DNA of 64,000 bases, from the NCBI GenBank assembly GCA_000934665.2, contig JYFJ02001691.1, positions 1-64,000 of the forward strand. The letters are read 5' to 3'. Under the pieces are notes generated by a model. That model was not told the origin of the DNA and ran no database searches. It worked only from the letters and a program-made list of their open reading frames with translations. Origin of the DNA: Catajapyx aquilonaris (lineage: Eukaryota). The position numbers and the translations under genes were made by a program. Below are positions 39,944 to 52,049 of this stretch, in pieces (the first letter of the stretch is position 1; each line of letters starts with the position of its first letter).

Positions 39944-40200
39944 TCACGTCGCGTTGTTTCTGATTGGCTGGAGTAATTATGGACTGTTGTCCTATGAAGG
40001 CCGCCAAAGTGGGTTTCTGTGTAAATAGTGGCAAGCTCTAGCGTCACGGTCGACTCCGATTGGCTGGAGTAGTTACAAGCCATCTGGCTGCATCCGACCG
40101 TGACGTCAGACTCGGCCACTATTTCCACAGAAACGCAAGATGGCCTCCATAGGACACGTAAGCAGTCCATAATTACACCAGCCAATCAGAGACGACGTGA
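39944..40200. mobile_element. Palindromic MITE-like element
   Basis: TCACGTCG..TCTGATTGGCTGG.GTAATTATGGACTG / CAGTCCATAATTAC.CCAGCCAATCAGA..CGACGTGA. Confidence 0.7.
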
Positions 40201-40342
40201 AGTCAGAAGTTGGCGACTCTCTTCCTATATAATGAGGCTGACAACAATCCATTTGCTGTTGACAAGGAGCCTGCAGACTTGACCTCGGTTGATGTAGTGA
40301 ACCTGGTAAACCGGAAGTCGCCAGTCATCTAAAGTTGGACAT

Positions 40343-40499
40343 AAAAAAAAGAATGCCCCGTGATAGGTCGGAGCCCTTTTAAGGGGGTAAGGGGGAGGTT
40401 CCCAAGGGAGGGCACTGTAATTATAGGCATTTCTGACTGTGAAATACACCAGACCTGTTCTCCTGGCCCTTGGCAGAGTAGGGAGTGCAATTCTGCCCG
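40343..40499 (-). mobile_element. 5'-truncated SINE C inside a HINE-like fragment
   Basis: Family C 3' half. 11-bp TSD AAGTTGGACAT at 40332-40342 and 40500-40510. Confidence 0.85.
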
Positions 40500-41605
40500 A
40501 AGTTGGACATTAAACCTATTTAGGGTCCTCTGAATCCGAAACCGAAAACCGTTTATCGCTATCTCTGTCCCCAGACAGACAGACCCGTTCTATACGACTA
40601 TTTTTTGATGAGCAGTCCGTCCCCCCCCCCCCCCCNCCCCCCCCCCCGAAAAAAACTGCAAGGCATGTCCCCTAATATTTCTTTAATCGACGCCACATAA
40701 CTCAAAACTGCTTCTAAGATAAAGACGTCATTAAACTCCTTAAAAATACACGCTCTCTTCTGAAATTTGATGGCCTATTACCCTCCATATTAAACCTTGC
40801 AGGGTTCGAAATGAGATTTTTTTTTTTTTTTGGACGTCATACTCTTATTGTAAACTCGTCTAGAAAATCACGAATTACAACCCTGAGGCCCCTCAAGTGC
40901 TTGGTAGGAAGAGGGTTAATGGGCCCCTGAAGAGGGTGTACTCCAAATGATTTTATATTCCATACCCTCCCTAATAGACTAACATGAAGGGCGATCAGGT
41001 GGATGAGCCATTCTCTCCTCTTATTATCCTAAGTACCATAATTAAGCTAATGAGGTGTAGTATACCCTAGAGCAAAAGATGCTCAGTATTTTTTTTTCAG
41101 ACTTTGAGGTACAAAAATCTGGGAACTTCTGGTTTAGGGTGGCAAGATGGTGTCCCTATGTTCAAAGAAGTCACGTTTCCACAGCAGCACCATGGAGGAT
41201 TAGTCTCTTTCCGCTTGACTTGGGGGACTAACAACGTATTAACGAGAAGAACAGAGAGTTGGCGGTGCTAATAGGCACCCCCCCCCCCTCTAGTTCCGGG
41301 GAGTCGGCAAAAGGCTTTTCAGTTAGGCCACGGAACGACTGCTAACTCCCGACTCTCCAAGTTCCCCACCCTCTGACACGTAATGGTCGTCCTAGATTTT
41401 GGAAGGGGACAACTGACCCTCTCACACTCCCCTTATGGCTTGGATTCAACAAAGAAACTCTAGGAGCCGCCCACCAGTACTGTCCGTCCCTGCTAGGCAC
41501 GGTCCGTGGCTTTGCTTGATCATTTGAAACAGCAGAACAAAGGGGTTGCCAACTCTGCTTCTAAAAAGTGTACACCCTAGATTACCGTGTGATTACACGA
41601 GATTA

Positions 41606-41818
41606 CTGTCGTCAGATATGAAAAGACCGTAACTCAATGTTCACTTCCCCTTGCGGCGAGAAAAAAAAGTAGTGGTACCAAAAGTATCCACGAGGTGGCG
41701 GTAGGGTTCCGTTTCTTTTTCCCCCTTCCCTCTTGGATGCTTTCGGTAACACTTGCTTTCTTTTCTCGCCGCAAGGGAAGTGGATATTGAGTTACGGTAT
41801 TCTCATGTTTGACGGCAG
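41606..41818. mobile_element. Nested palindromic MITE
   Basis: CTGTCGTCAGATATGA..AGACCGTAACTCAAT..CACTTCCC.TTGCGGCGAGAAAA / TTTTCTCGCCGCAAGGGAAGTG..ATTGAGTTACGGT..TCATGT.TGACGGCAG. Confidence 0.85.
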
Positions 41819-42093
41819 ATTACACAGATTTCCTTATGCTTACACGAGAATAGTCATATTACCTTGTGATTACACAAGACTACCTTGTGATTACACAAGA
41901 TTACCTTGTGATTACACAAGACTACCTTGTGATTACACAAGACTACCTTGTGATTACACAAGACTACCTTGTGATTACACATGATTACCTTGTGATTACA
42001 TATGATTACTCAGATTACATTATGATTACACGAGATCACCGTGCAATTACACAACCTTACCCATATTACCATATGATTACTCATATTATATTA

Positions 42094-42394
42094 CTAGATG
42101 CGGCACCCGGCGTTGCCCGGGAAGAAATGAATGAAGTGAAAACACCTGCCAGTACCCCCGTCAACTGTCTGTCTTTCTGTGTGTCCGGCCACCAATGCCA
42201 TCTGTGGTCCTGCTACTCCAATACCTTGAACCTCTCCCGCCTGTATAACGGCAACCGTCATTTGCCTGCCATCTGTAGTCAACCCCCAACACCTCCATCC
42301 TCTCCTGGCCTGGGGGTGGAGCACAGATGGCAGGCAAATGACGGTTGGCAGGCGGACAGAGAGACAGACTCACAAACGGCTTTATTTATATAGA
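42094..42394 (-). mobile_element. Helitron copy (full length)
   Basis: 3' CTAG plus hairpin at 42094. 5' TCTATATAAATAAAG on the minus strand at 42394. Confidence 0.9.
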
Positions 42395-42724
42395 AGACAG
42401 ATGATTACTCATATTATATTATGATTACCTCGTTATTACACGCGATTACCTTGTGATTACACAAGATTATCCTGATTACCTTACGATTACACGAGATTAC
42501 ATTGTAATTACACAACATTACCCGTATTACCTTATGATTACACGAGATAATTCAGATTATCTGATAATTACCAACTATTACCCAGATTACTTGTGATTGC
42601 CGAGATTACCTTATGATTATCTTAGGATTTTCTATGATCACATACTTATGATTATCATGATTACCAGGATTACCAAATGGAGTGTACAAGATTACCAGAG
42701 TGGGTAACCCCTCGAGCAGAACCA

Positions 42725-43130
42725 TCCGTAATCAGTGACAGCAAACAAAGAAACTGTAAGGATCAATGCTAGTCTAAATCTGTCCCTGCCAGGCATGGTC
42801 CGTCGCTTTGCTCGATGATTGAGACAGCAGAACTATCTGTGACCTCAACACTAGTACAGCAAACTAAAAAAAACTGTCCAGTGGCCCCTGAATCTGTATG
42901 GCTGACCGCACCAGTACTACGCGTCCCTGCCAGGCACGGTCCGTGATGATTCGAAACATCAAAACCATCCATGACCTCAACACTAATGTAGCAAACAAAA
43001 AAACTGACCCGAGGCTCCTGAATCTGTATAGCTGACCACACCAGTACTGTCCGTCCCTGCCAGGTACGGTCCGTCGCTTTGCTTGATGATTGAGACATCA
43101 GAATCATCCGTAATATGTGACCTCAATAAT
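42725..43130. repeat. ~130-bp tandem repeat family (GTCCCTGCCAGGCACGGTCCGT)
   Basis: Three units here. Related pieces at ~38630-38890, 39500-39560, 39880-39920, 41465-41538 and 43330. Confidence 0.7.
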
Positions 43131-43650
43131 ACAGGGAAGTCAGAAGTTGGCGACACTCTGTCTCGAGGCTTTCTACGCATTCCCAGCTGCGCTGAGAAAA
43201 AGTCGACTCGAATCACGCTCGCCGCAATAACGTTCGTTGGCTTGCGGCGCACAAGCTGGACAGTATTGTTGTCGTATGCAACCAATAAGCGCCCATATAA
43301 CGTTCGATATTAATTAAAATCGTCTGGAGCGATGGACCGTGCCTGGCAGGGCCACATCCTTGTAAATTATTTTGACACGATCTATCTTAATGCTATTGAA
43401 GTGTTTCAGACTTGTGCAGATTACTTCCAAGCTAGACTTTCTGACAGAAGTTGAGGATTACAAATTGAAGGGCCCTAGCCTCAACCAATTACAGCTCTTT
43501 TACTATTCCGACTGACTTCAGCGCCACTCTGACGGAGGAACTTTCTCCAAAGGAATTAAAACATTGACAAGGGTCGATGCTCCTTCCACTTTCTATGAAC
43601 AAATAGTAAGGAACCTGTTTCAGCTCTCTCAGTAGTCCGGAAGTGTGTTA

Positions 43651-44309
43651 CCCAAGTAGCACAGTGACATCCTATGGATATCCAAATATCCAGTAATTTG
43701 TTTGTTTGTTTGTTTGTTTGTTTGTTGTGCCAAAGCAACTAAGGCTATCTGGCAATCGTATGGTGGGTTTTTGGCAGTGGGAGGAAACGAGAGAACCCCA
43801 AGAAAACCCACGTAAACTCGGCGAGAACCCATCGAAACTATGTCCACATAAGTGTCCTCCACCCGATCCGGGGATCGAACTCGGGACCTTCGAGGTGGAA
43901 GGCCGCGCCGTTACCCACTACACCACTGTGTCGCCCCCAAATAAATATCCAGTGGAGATTCAGTGGATATGTAGATATCCAGTGAAGATTCAGTTGATAT
44001 GCATTAGATATTCAGTGGATATGTAGATATCTAGTGGAGATTCAATGGATATGCATTAGATATTCAGTGGATATGTAGATATCTAGTGGAGATTCAATGG
44101 ATATGTATTAGATATTCAGTGGATATGTAGATATCTAGTGAAGATTCAGTGGATATGTAGATATCTAGTGCAGATTCAGTGGATATGTAGATATCTAGTG
44201 GAGATTCAGTGGATATGTAGATATTCAGTGGAGATGCAGATATCCAGTGGAGATTCAGTGGACATGTAGATATCCATAGGATGTCGCATGGAGTTTCGTG
44301 CTACTAGTG
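43651..44309. mobile_element. MITE with GGATAT internal minisatellite
   Basis: Ends CCCAAGTAGCAC / GTGCTACTAGTG with inner IR GACATCCTATGGATATC / GATATCCATAGGATGTC, flanked by TTA on both sides. Superfamily uncertain (CACTA/CMC or Harbinger). Confidence 0.7.
43695..43942 (-). mobile_element. tRNA SINE with V-domain-like body and (CAAA)n tail
   Basis: Minus-strand A-box TGGTGTAGTGG, B-box GTTCGATCC and body GTTCTCGCCGAGTTTACGTGGGTTTTCTTGGGGTTCTCTCGTTTCCTCCCAC. 11-bp TSD AAATATCCAGT at 43684-43694 and 43943-43953. Confidence 0.85.
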
Positions 44310-45479
44310 TTAGGAATCCCGGACAAACATCCATACCAACAAACTTTCCCGTTTATACTATGCAATTTCCATTAAATAGCTTATCTATTTCCTATAGTTC
44401 CTTTCAATTTCTATATCGAACAATGAAAAATCGGATTGTCCCACTTTTTAATTGGCCGTCTCCTTGCCCCTAGGGGCCGCCCCTGGGCCTACGATTTATG
44501 ACTTGGAGATAAGAATTGTACGGGACCAAGAGGCCTGTCCCATTCTGTCAGAAATATATACTCCGGGTTCTGACCAATTTTCTCCGGACACAGAAAAAAA
44601 AACCCGGTTGTTTTTTGATTTAGTGTCGCCCTCTATCGTATGACGCCCATTCAATATCTACCGGACAGAGTCTCATGGGATAAACTTTTTTCGTTTAAAG
44701 TTGTGTCGATTATCAAACACATCGTGGTTAAATGCTCTTCAAAATTTTTTGTCTTTTTTGAAAAAAATATTTGGAACTTTTTGGGGGGCGTCCGATAGAT
44801 GGCGTTTTTTGGCAACATGACGTTCCTTATAACGGACAGCAAACTTTTTTTTTCAGATATGAGCTACATTTGTCACTAGGAACGCAAATAAAAATGTCTA
44901 CTCGGGGCCAAATTGCTGTCTAGGTTCGACCAATCGTAGGACAAAAAATGGCGGACAAAAACTACATATATCGGGTTTGTTTGGTGGGGGATTATTATCT
45001 TTGTAGATTTTCTAACCACGGTGTGAGTTAGTTTCTCCATAATTCTGGAGGAATTGACCAATAATATTGGGGTATACGGATGATTAGACGTAAAACCGAT
45101 GTTTATGACCGGTTCTGAGTATTATCTCTAGTCTGTAGTTCCAGTATTAAGATTTTACACCCAATGATTTAGGTGAAGGATATGGATAAGGCCATCGCCC
45201 GAACAAGGTCATTTTCTAACTATTCCTACCCGAACCGAACCGAACCGAACAGTCCTAAACGGTCCTAACCGTCTTTTGCTTACCGAATTTTTCCAAACCT
45301 AACCGTCCTAACCTTCCTTAACCGAACTTTTCCTTACCGAGTTTTTCCTAGCCTACCTAACCGTCTTTAACCGAACTTTTCCGAACCGCACCTAACCTAA
45401 CCGACCTTTTCCTATACCGAAACGTCCTAATCGTCATTAACCGAATTTTCCCGAATCGAACTGTCCTAACCGTCTTTAA

Positions 45480-46447
45480 GGTAGTTCTTGCGCTAAGACG
45501 AAATGGTGGTAGAGAATTTAAAATTACACCAGTTGTTCCCTATTATGTGACTAATGAGCCTGTAAAATATAAAGGACTTCTACTAAATACTTTCGGAGAT
45601 ATTCATCTCTGAACTTGAGGTCTTATACATTGCGGCTTATGGAGAGGGACATCCAGGAACCGATATTTCCCCCCGTAGATCCTGTGAAAATGGTGCCACG
45701 ATCACAAAAAACTAATCACTGTGTAGCCACATTCGTACCAAATTATTTTGTCACAAGAAACCAATACGTCACCAGGCCCGTTGTTCCACAATCCCTTCAA
45801 AACTGCGGGGTAGTCACGGCGACCAGCGATGACTTGGCAACGCAGCTACAACAATATAGTAGGGGGCGCGAGTTTTGAAAGTCCCATGCATCTCACTGAG
45901 CTCGTTTTAAGAGTATAAAATTAATATATAGGGCTCGTTTTACGATATAGGGATGTGCAAGAGTTAAAAGGGGCAATAATAATAATTTTAATGATATATT
46001 TTAATAACAACAACAACAACAACAACAATAATTTTATTGAAATATCGATATACTGTAATATCGATAGTTGGGCTAACTATCGAGTACTCGATATATCGCT
46101 GGGGGGAAATATCGAAACATCGAAACATCGATACGTTGTTGATCAGGCCTGCCAACGTGTGCAACGTTGCCGGATTTGCCGCACTTTTTCCGGTATTTGG
46201 AACAGCCATATTTCCGCATATTTCTGCTCTTCTCCGGGACAAAAGTGCACGAGGGAATTATTATCCCCCAAATAAATGTTCACGTAACGTATCCGACGCG
46301 AAACACATACTCAAAACTCCGTTTCAGAGAAATACTAGCAGAAATGTCTTACAATCGCAGAAGTTGGTACTGGCCAGCTCGCCCCATGTATAAACATAGG
46401 CTCAACCCCCCTCCCCCTTACCCCCGTTTCCAAGCGCAAGAACTACC
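45480..46447. mobile_element. Kolobok-like non-autonomous element
   Basis: TTAA TSD at 45476-45479 and 46448-46451. 15-bp TIR GGTAGTTCTTGCGCT / AGCGCAAGAACTACC begins with purines (piggyBac ends normally begin CC). Confidence 0.8.
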
Positions 46448-46911
46448 TTAACCGAACTTTTAAAAACCGAACCGAACCGACCTTTTCCTTACCGACTTTT
46501 TCCTATACCGAACCGTCCTAACTGTCCTAACCGTCCTTAACCGAACTTTTAAGAACTGAACCTAACCTAACCGACATTTTCCTTACCGACTGCTTCCTAT
46601 ACCGAACTGTCCTAACCGTCTTTAACCGAACTTTTACGAACCGAACCGAACTTTTCCTGACCGAATTTTTCCTAGTACCTAACCGTCTTTACCGAACTTT
46701 TAACAACCGAACCTAACCGACTTTTTCCTATACCGAACAGTCCTAACAATCCTAACCGTCCTTAACTGAACCGATCGTAACTTTTCCTTGCCTAATTTTT
46801 CCTAGTACCGAACCGGACCATCCTTAACCGAACTTTTACGAACTGGTACGAACTTTTCCGAGTCGAACCGAACATTTCCTTACCGAATTTCCAATACCGA
46901 ACTGTCCTAAC

Positions 46912-47284
46912 CACTGTCATAGAAATTAAGGTCTGGTCACTCCCACCCACCCACCCATCCCCTGCCGGTGCGTTTTGCAAGGGGTGCTCACCTGAGAGCG
47001 CCATGAGACATTTCGGAGCCCAGGTAAGTGGCGACCCTACCTGACTAGGCTGAACTAGGAACAAAAGGGAAGCGCTACATTGGGGGACTCAACATGGTCG
47101 CCGGCGGCCATTTTGGGCCCGCATGTAGCGCTTCCCTTTCGTACCTATAAAGTTTAGCCTAGTCCGGTAGGGTCGCCACTTACCTGGGCTCCGAAATGTC
47201 TCATGGCGCTCTCAGGTGAACACCCCCTGCAAAATGCCTCGGCAGGCGATAACACCAGAATGTAGTGTAAGTGTCCGGGGGCTG
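46912..47284. mobile_element. Fold-back insertion with ~125-bp internal arms
   Basis: Palindrome at ~46961-47247 (CACCTGAGAGCGCCATGAGACATTTCGGAGCCCAGGTAAGTGGCGACCCTAC and its inverse). Flanked by GTCCTAAC, which may be a TSD but is also a host repeat motif. Confidence 0.75.
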
Positions 47285-48334
47285 GTCCTAACTTCCTTAA
47301 CCGAATTTTTCCGAACTTCTACTAATCGAACCGAAACGAACCGTCCGAACCGTCCTTAGCCGAACGTTTCCGAATCAAACCACCCTAACCGAACTGAACT
47401 GAACCTAAAGCTTTTTTGAATCGAACCTTTTCATCCGAACTTTTCCGAACCGAACCTAAACAATACTAGCATATCGCTTTAAATACCCGGCATTGCGAAA
47501 AAATAATTTGCACGAACATGCATGTCCGGTCGATAGCACAACAGCTACATTGCAATAATTAAAATGGTCAATTACGACTAATATCTTACTCTGCTATTAA
47601 TTACATGACATGCACAATTTGCATGCAACTACACTCGAAACACTTAGGAAATATGACATGGCTCTTCAAACTATAACTAATCGAAAACTCATTAACAGTT
47701 AAACTTTCTTTTTCAGAAAAAATAACAGTTATACTCCCCTCCTCCTAATATTATAAAAAAGACGAACGTGACTTCGTCCCTGATTTTGGTGGTCAAACTC
47801 CCTTTTGGATTTTGTCCCCTTCAGTCTCTCATCCTAAGCTCCACCTCCTTCGAACGACAACCAATTACTGTGAAAGTAGGTTACAAAAGCTTTTAGGAAA
47901 ATCACAATCATTACTCTCGCACTTCTGGGTACCCTCTTCAAACAAGAGGGTGCTTAACGCCCCTAGCAACCTGGTTGCTATTTTTTTTGGAAAAAAATTT
48001 GTTTTAATTAAATCGTACAACAAAGGTGAGTTTACAACAAAGGTGAGAGTGCTACAAAGGCAATTTGACATCAGCGCTTATTAAAACACGGCGGGTGGGA
48101 AAGTAGGTGGTATTAAGGAAATTTGATTGGAAACTTGTCTTTTCGCCCGAATTCTTAGAAGGGGGTGGAATAGACGATGGAAAAGGTGATGGTGCTAGAA
48201 ATTTGTAATTAGCTGCTCATTAGCTGGATTTGACGTGACTAGATGGCGCTGGTGAGCTGTCACGTGGGACTAAGGGGTTGGGTTGTTCGGGGCTCAGACC
48301 CTAGAGGGGGTTACAAAGGGGTGACTGTAGCCTG

Positions 48335-49415
48335 TAGGGCTGTGCGATATCCGAAATTGCATATCGACTTTCGATACTCAAAATATATCGACGAAGTCGA
48401 TATATCGAAAATCGAAAAACCGACATCGAACCGACATCGAAAATCTACATCGAACCGACATCGAAAATATCGAAAACCGACATCGAACCGACATCGAAAA
48501 TATCGAAAACCGACATCGAACCGACATCGAAAATATCGAAAATAGACATCGAACCGACATCGAAAAATATCGAAAATAGACATCGAACCGACATCGAAAA
48601 ATATCGAAAATCGACATCGAACCGACATCGAAAATATCGAAAATCGACATCGAACCGACATCGAAAAATATCGAAAATCGACATCGAACCGACATCGAAA
48701 AATATCGAAAATCGACATCGAACCGGCATCGAAAAGTATTTTTTATTTTATTTTTATTTATTTTACCCCGTGATGTCCCTTACAGGAGCTATAGGGGGTG
48801 GCATACCACCATCAGTTTTCTATATATTTTTTTACTTCAAACTCCGGTGCAAGGAAACAGGGACAATGGGAAAGGATATGGATTTTTTGGGGGAGGGAAC
48901 ATGGGTGCAAGGTGCAATGTCGTAGCTATGGGTCATGTGCTGTTCCCCAAGAGGTTAGGTTGCCAGACACCTCCTTGGTGCAGGTCAGAGACCCTCCTGA
49001 CGCAGGTGAAAGGAAAGTTCTTCAGGCGGGGATCGAACTTGGGGCCTTTCACTTTCACTCAGCAAGCTGTGACATTACCATCACGGCCACCACACCTCCC
49101 CGCATCGAAAAATATCGAAAATCGACATCGAACCGACATCGATGAATATCGAAAACCGACATCGAACCGACATTGAAAAAGATCGAAAATCGACATCGAA
49201 CCGACATCGAAAAATATCGAAAACCGACATCGAAAAATCGCGATATTCGATACATTGCACATCCCAAGCGTCGTATATCGCAACTTCGATATCAGGAAAA
49301 TATCGTATCGACAGTCGATGTATCAAAATATCGTGATTTTTCGATGTCGGTTTTCGATATTTTTCGATGTCGGTTCGATGTCGATTTTCGATATTTTTCA
49401 ATGATGGTTCGATGT
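48335..49415 (+). mobile_element. hAT-like MITE with ATCGA internal minisatellite, interrupted by SINE B
   Basis: Left end TAGGGCTGTGCGATATCCG, tandem ACATCGAACCGACATCGAAAAATATCGAAA. Homologous to 58829-59339. Confidence 0.75.
48736..49101 (-). mobile_element. SINE family B
   Basis: Aligns by eye with 6998-7398. 10-bp TSD GCATCGAAAA at 48726-48735 and 49102-49111. Confidence 0.9.
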
Positions 49416-50031
49416 CGCCTAGTGCGAGGCTAGCCTAATAAACAGACACTGGACAGTCTCTGTACTTTAGACAAGGGTCATGGACCATGAGATGACCATT
49501 CATGCTTAAAGGGATGACCTGATGTCAGATCGGATTGGAATAAATATTATAGGAATAAATTAGTCACATTTTCTGGCCCATTTTTGGCCCAAAATAAGCA
49601 TTTTCTCATTTAAAAAGTATTATAGAACGGCTGTCCGTCCGTCTGTGGACAGGTATCAGGGCCTAAACCGTATGAAATAGCAACAAACTGTTTTCGGATT
49701 CGGATTCAGTGGACCCTAAATAGGTTTCATAGTCAACAAACGGTGACCGGTCACTTACGGTTTTCCGGGTTCACTCTATCCTGCTCCAACCTTGGAGGAT
49801 AGACATACATATATACATACATACATATAGTGAACCTGTAAACCGGAAAGAAGAAACAATATTGTGGCAAATCACGCTAGCGTGATTTGAGTAGACTTTT
49901 TCTAGGAAATTCAAATTGGACAACAATGACAAAATGTTGGTAGTTTCATTACTCGTTGCCAAGTAACATAAGGAAAATAATATCTAAATCATGTAGATTT
50001 AATCTAATATAAAAATATAATAACAAAATAA

Positions 50032-50332
50032 GGGAGACCTGGTGGTCTGGTGGTTACGTGGTGGTGGCCAGCCAAGCGGGAGGCCGGGGTTCAAATCCCG
50101 CCCCCGTCACCTCTGCTTGACCTGATTTTTTTCCGCTTTTCACCCAACATGCGAGGCAGAATTGCACTCCCTACTCTGCCCATGGCCAGGAGAAAAGGTC
50201 TGGTGTATTTCAGAAAGTCTGAAATGACTATAATTACAGTGCCCTCCCCTTCCCCCCTAAAAGGGCTCCGCCCTATCACGGGATAATTTTTTTAAATTAT
50301 ATATATAATAATTAATAATATTATATATTAAA
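50032..50332 (+). mobile_element. SINE family C (full length)
   Basis: TGGTCTGGTGG A-box, GGTTCAAATCCC B-box and tail GCCCTATCACGGGA. Probable TSD TAATAACAAAATAA. Confidence 0.85.
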
Positions 50333-50372
50333 TAATAACAAAATAATTTCTAAATCACGTAGATTTAATGTA

Positions 50373-50718
50373 CAGTGCTGGACATAATAGCCGTCGCTGA
50401 ATGTTTTTTTTCCGGCGGAGGCGGCGGCGGCGTTACCTGGCAACCCTGTCCGGCGGGCCAATTCAAACATCAGCCCATGGAGAGCGCTTCCATTGTTGCC
50501 ACTGTTTACAAATCGAGTGAGTGACGCGGACGACCCAGCGACGGGTCTCTTCTGCCTGCGCACTCACTCACTCGATGTGTAAACAGTGGCAACAATGGAA
50601 GCGCTTTCCATGGGCTGATGTTTGAATTGGCCCGCCGCGCCGGACGGGGTTGCCAGGGAACGCAGCGCCGCCGCCGACGGAAAAAACCTTTCAGCGACGG
50701 CTAATTTGTCCAGCACTG
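50373..50718. mobile_element. Palindromic Tc1/mariner-type MITE (CAGTGCTGGACA ends)
   Basis: TA|CAGTGCTGGACA...TGTCCAGCACTG|TA. The inner ~220 bp matches the core of 18967-19331. Confidence 0.9.
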
Positions 50719-50731
50719 TACTACCGGTATA

Positions 50732-50962
50732 CCGAAGCAGGTTGGCATAGTGGATAAGGCGTCCGACTGCTAATCGGGAGGTCCTGGGTTCGAATCCCGG
50801 GGCCGGCAACCTTGACCGTGGTTTTCTGTGGTATTCCACGGTCTTTCTAGGATAATTCCGGGGTCGCTTCCGTATAATCGGCCACAGCCGCTTCCTTCCC
50901 TCCCTATCCTTGGAGGTTGAATGGCAAATGCTGGGTCAACCTCCTTAAATATCAATTATAAA
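50732..50962 (+). mobile_element. SINE family A with alternative 3' end
   Basis: TGGCATAGTGG A-box and GGTTCGAATCCC B-box. 14-bp TSD GTACTACCGGTATA at 50718-50731 and 50963-50976. Confidence 0.85.
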
Positions 50963-51799
50963 GTACTACCGGTATATAAAATATAATAGTATAAAATAAT
51001 GTATAACTACCGGTAGTGTAGCTTTAATCTAATACGGACCGGACGTATATAAAATATGATATTAAATATTTTTTTAAACATGTAGATTTAATTTATACAT
51101 GATTAAGAAATTATTTTCCTTCGGTTACTTGGCAACGAGGAGACTGACAACATTCTATGTCATTGTTGTCAAATTTGAATTTGAAACAATGAGAAAATGT
51201 CTACTCGAATCTTGTTTCTTATATAGACCTACAAAAAGTGATGTATAGACCTTTTCTTGCAATCTTTGCCCAACATTTTGGCTGCACGAGAAACCCATTA
51301 GACACCTATAGGCTCCTATAGTCCATATCCCCCCTCTGGAGATTACCAATTCCCAGGTAAGGCTTCTATGGCATCCTCCTAAGAAGTGTGATGAGAGCTC
51401 CACACCACACAAAAAAAATAGAACGGAAGTATATCATCACATTTCGCTCCATTTTTTCTATTTCTAGAATGAACTATAATGTGTCTATAGGATAGAGACG
51501 AGAGGTTGGCTTCTTTCTCTATTCCAGTAGCAGAAGCAGCGGATGCCTTTTCTGGGCAAAAGCTTGGGCTCTTCCGCCTGTGGACGGCTCCTTAATCCAA
51601 TTCCAAACCTCTGCCTTGGAAGAAGAAGAAGAAGAAGAAGGAGGAGAAGAAGAAGCCCCATCCTTCTAATGGGCCACGAAAGCTCAGGGGTGTCCATCTC
51701 TTCTAATCCGACGTGTCTTTCCAACCATATTAATTTTTCTGGGTGGCTTGGCTAGGAAGCTACTTGATATCAGGGGTCTGAAGATAGCAGTTGGGAATA

Positions 51800-52049
51800 C
51801 AGGGCCCATGGAGAGCGCTTCCATTGTTGCCACTGTTTACAAATCGAGTGAGTGACGCGGACGATCCAGCGACGGGTCTCTTCTGCCTGCGGACTCACTC
51901 ACTCGATTTGTAAACAGTGGCAACAATGGAAGCGCTCTCCATGGGCTGATGGCCCGCCGGACGGGGTTGCCAGGTAACGGGCTACAATATAAGCAGCTTA
52001 GGCTGAATTTTGTCAATAACTAAAACGACAAAAAAGTTTGATCACCCTG
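51800..52049. mobile_element. CAGGGTG MITE with most of the left arm deleted
   Basis: TA|CAGGG joined directly to core CCCATGGAGAGC. Nearly intact right arm ending GATCACCCTG|TA. Confidence 0.85.

Larger units (their letters stand above)
41539..42714 (+). mobile_element. GATTAC-minisatellite MITE carrying a nested MITE and a Helitron
   Basis: AAAGGGGTTGCCAACTCT..AAAAGTGTACAC ... AGAGTGGGTAACCCCTCG. 8-bp TSD AGCAGAAC at 41531-41538 and 42715-42722. Confidence 0.85.
45225..47465. repeat. AACCG/CCTAA array hosting nested MITEs
   Basis: ACCGAACTTTT / CGTCCTAACCG units in three tracts separated by insertions. Confidence 0.85.
49598..51218. mobile_element. HINE-like compound locus with inverted ends and three nested insertions
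   Basis: Core at ~49600-49790. ~49885-49985 (GAGTAGACTTTT...GACAACAATGAC...CGTTGCCAAGTAAC) is inverted relative to ~51105-51210. Confidence 0.55.

Noticed and set aside
45225..47465. Interstitial TTAGG telomeric repeats
   Set aside because: CCTAA occurs only sporadically within an AACCG-dominated array, not as pure tandem runs.
50732..50805. tRNA gene candidates (also ~4580, ~7320, ~43870)
   Set aside because: A and B boxes are present, but each continues into a SINE body with tail and TSD. These are SINE heads, not tRNA genes.
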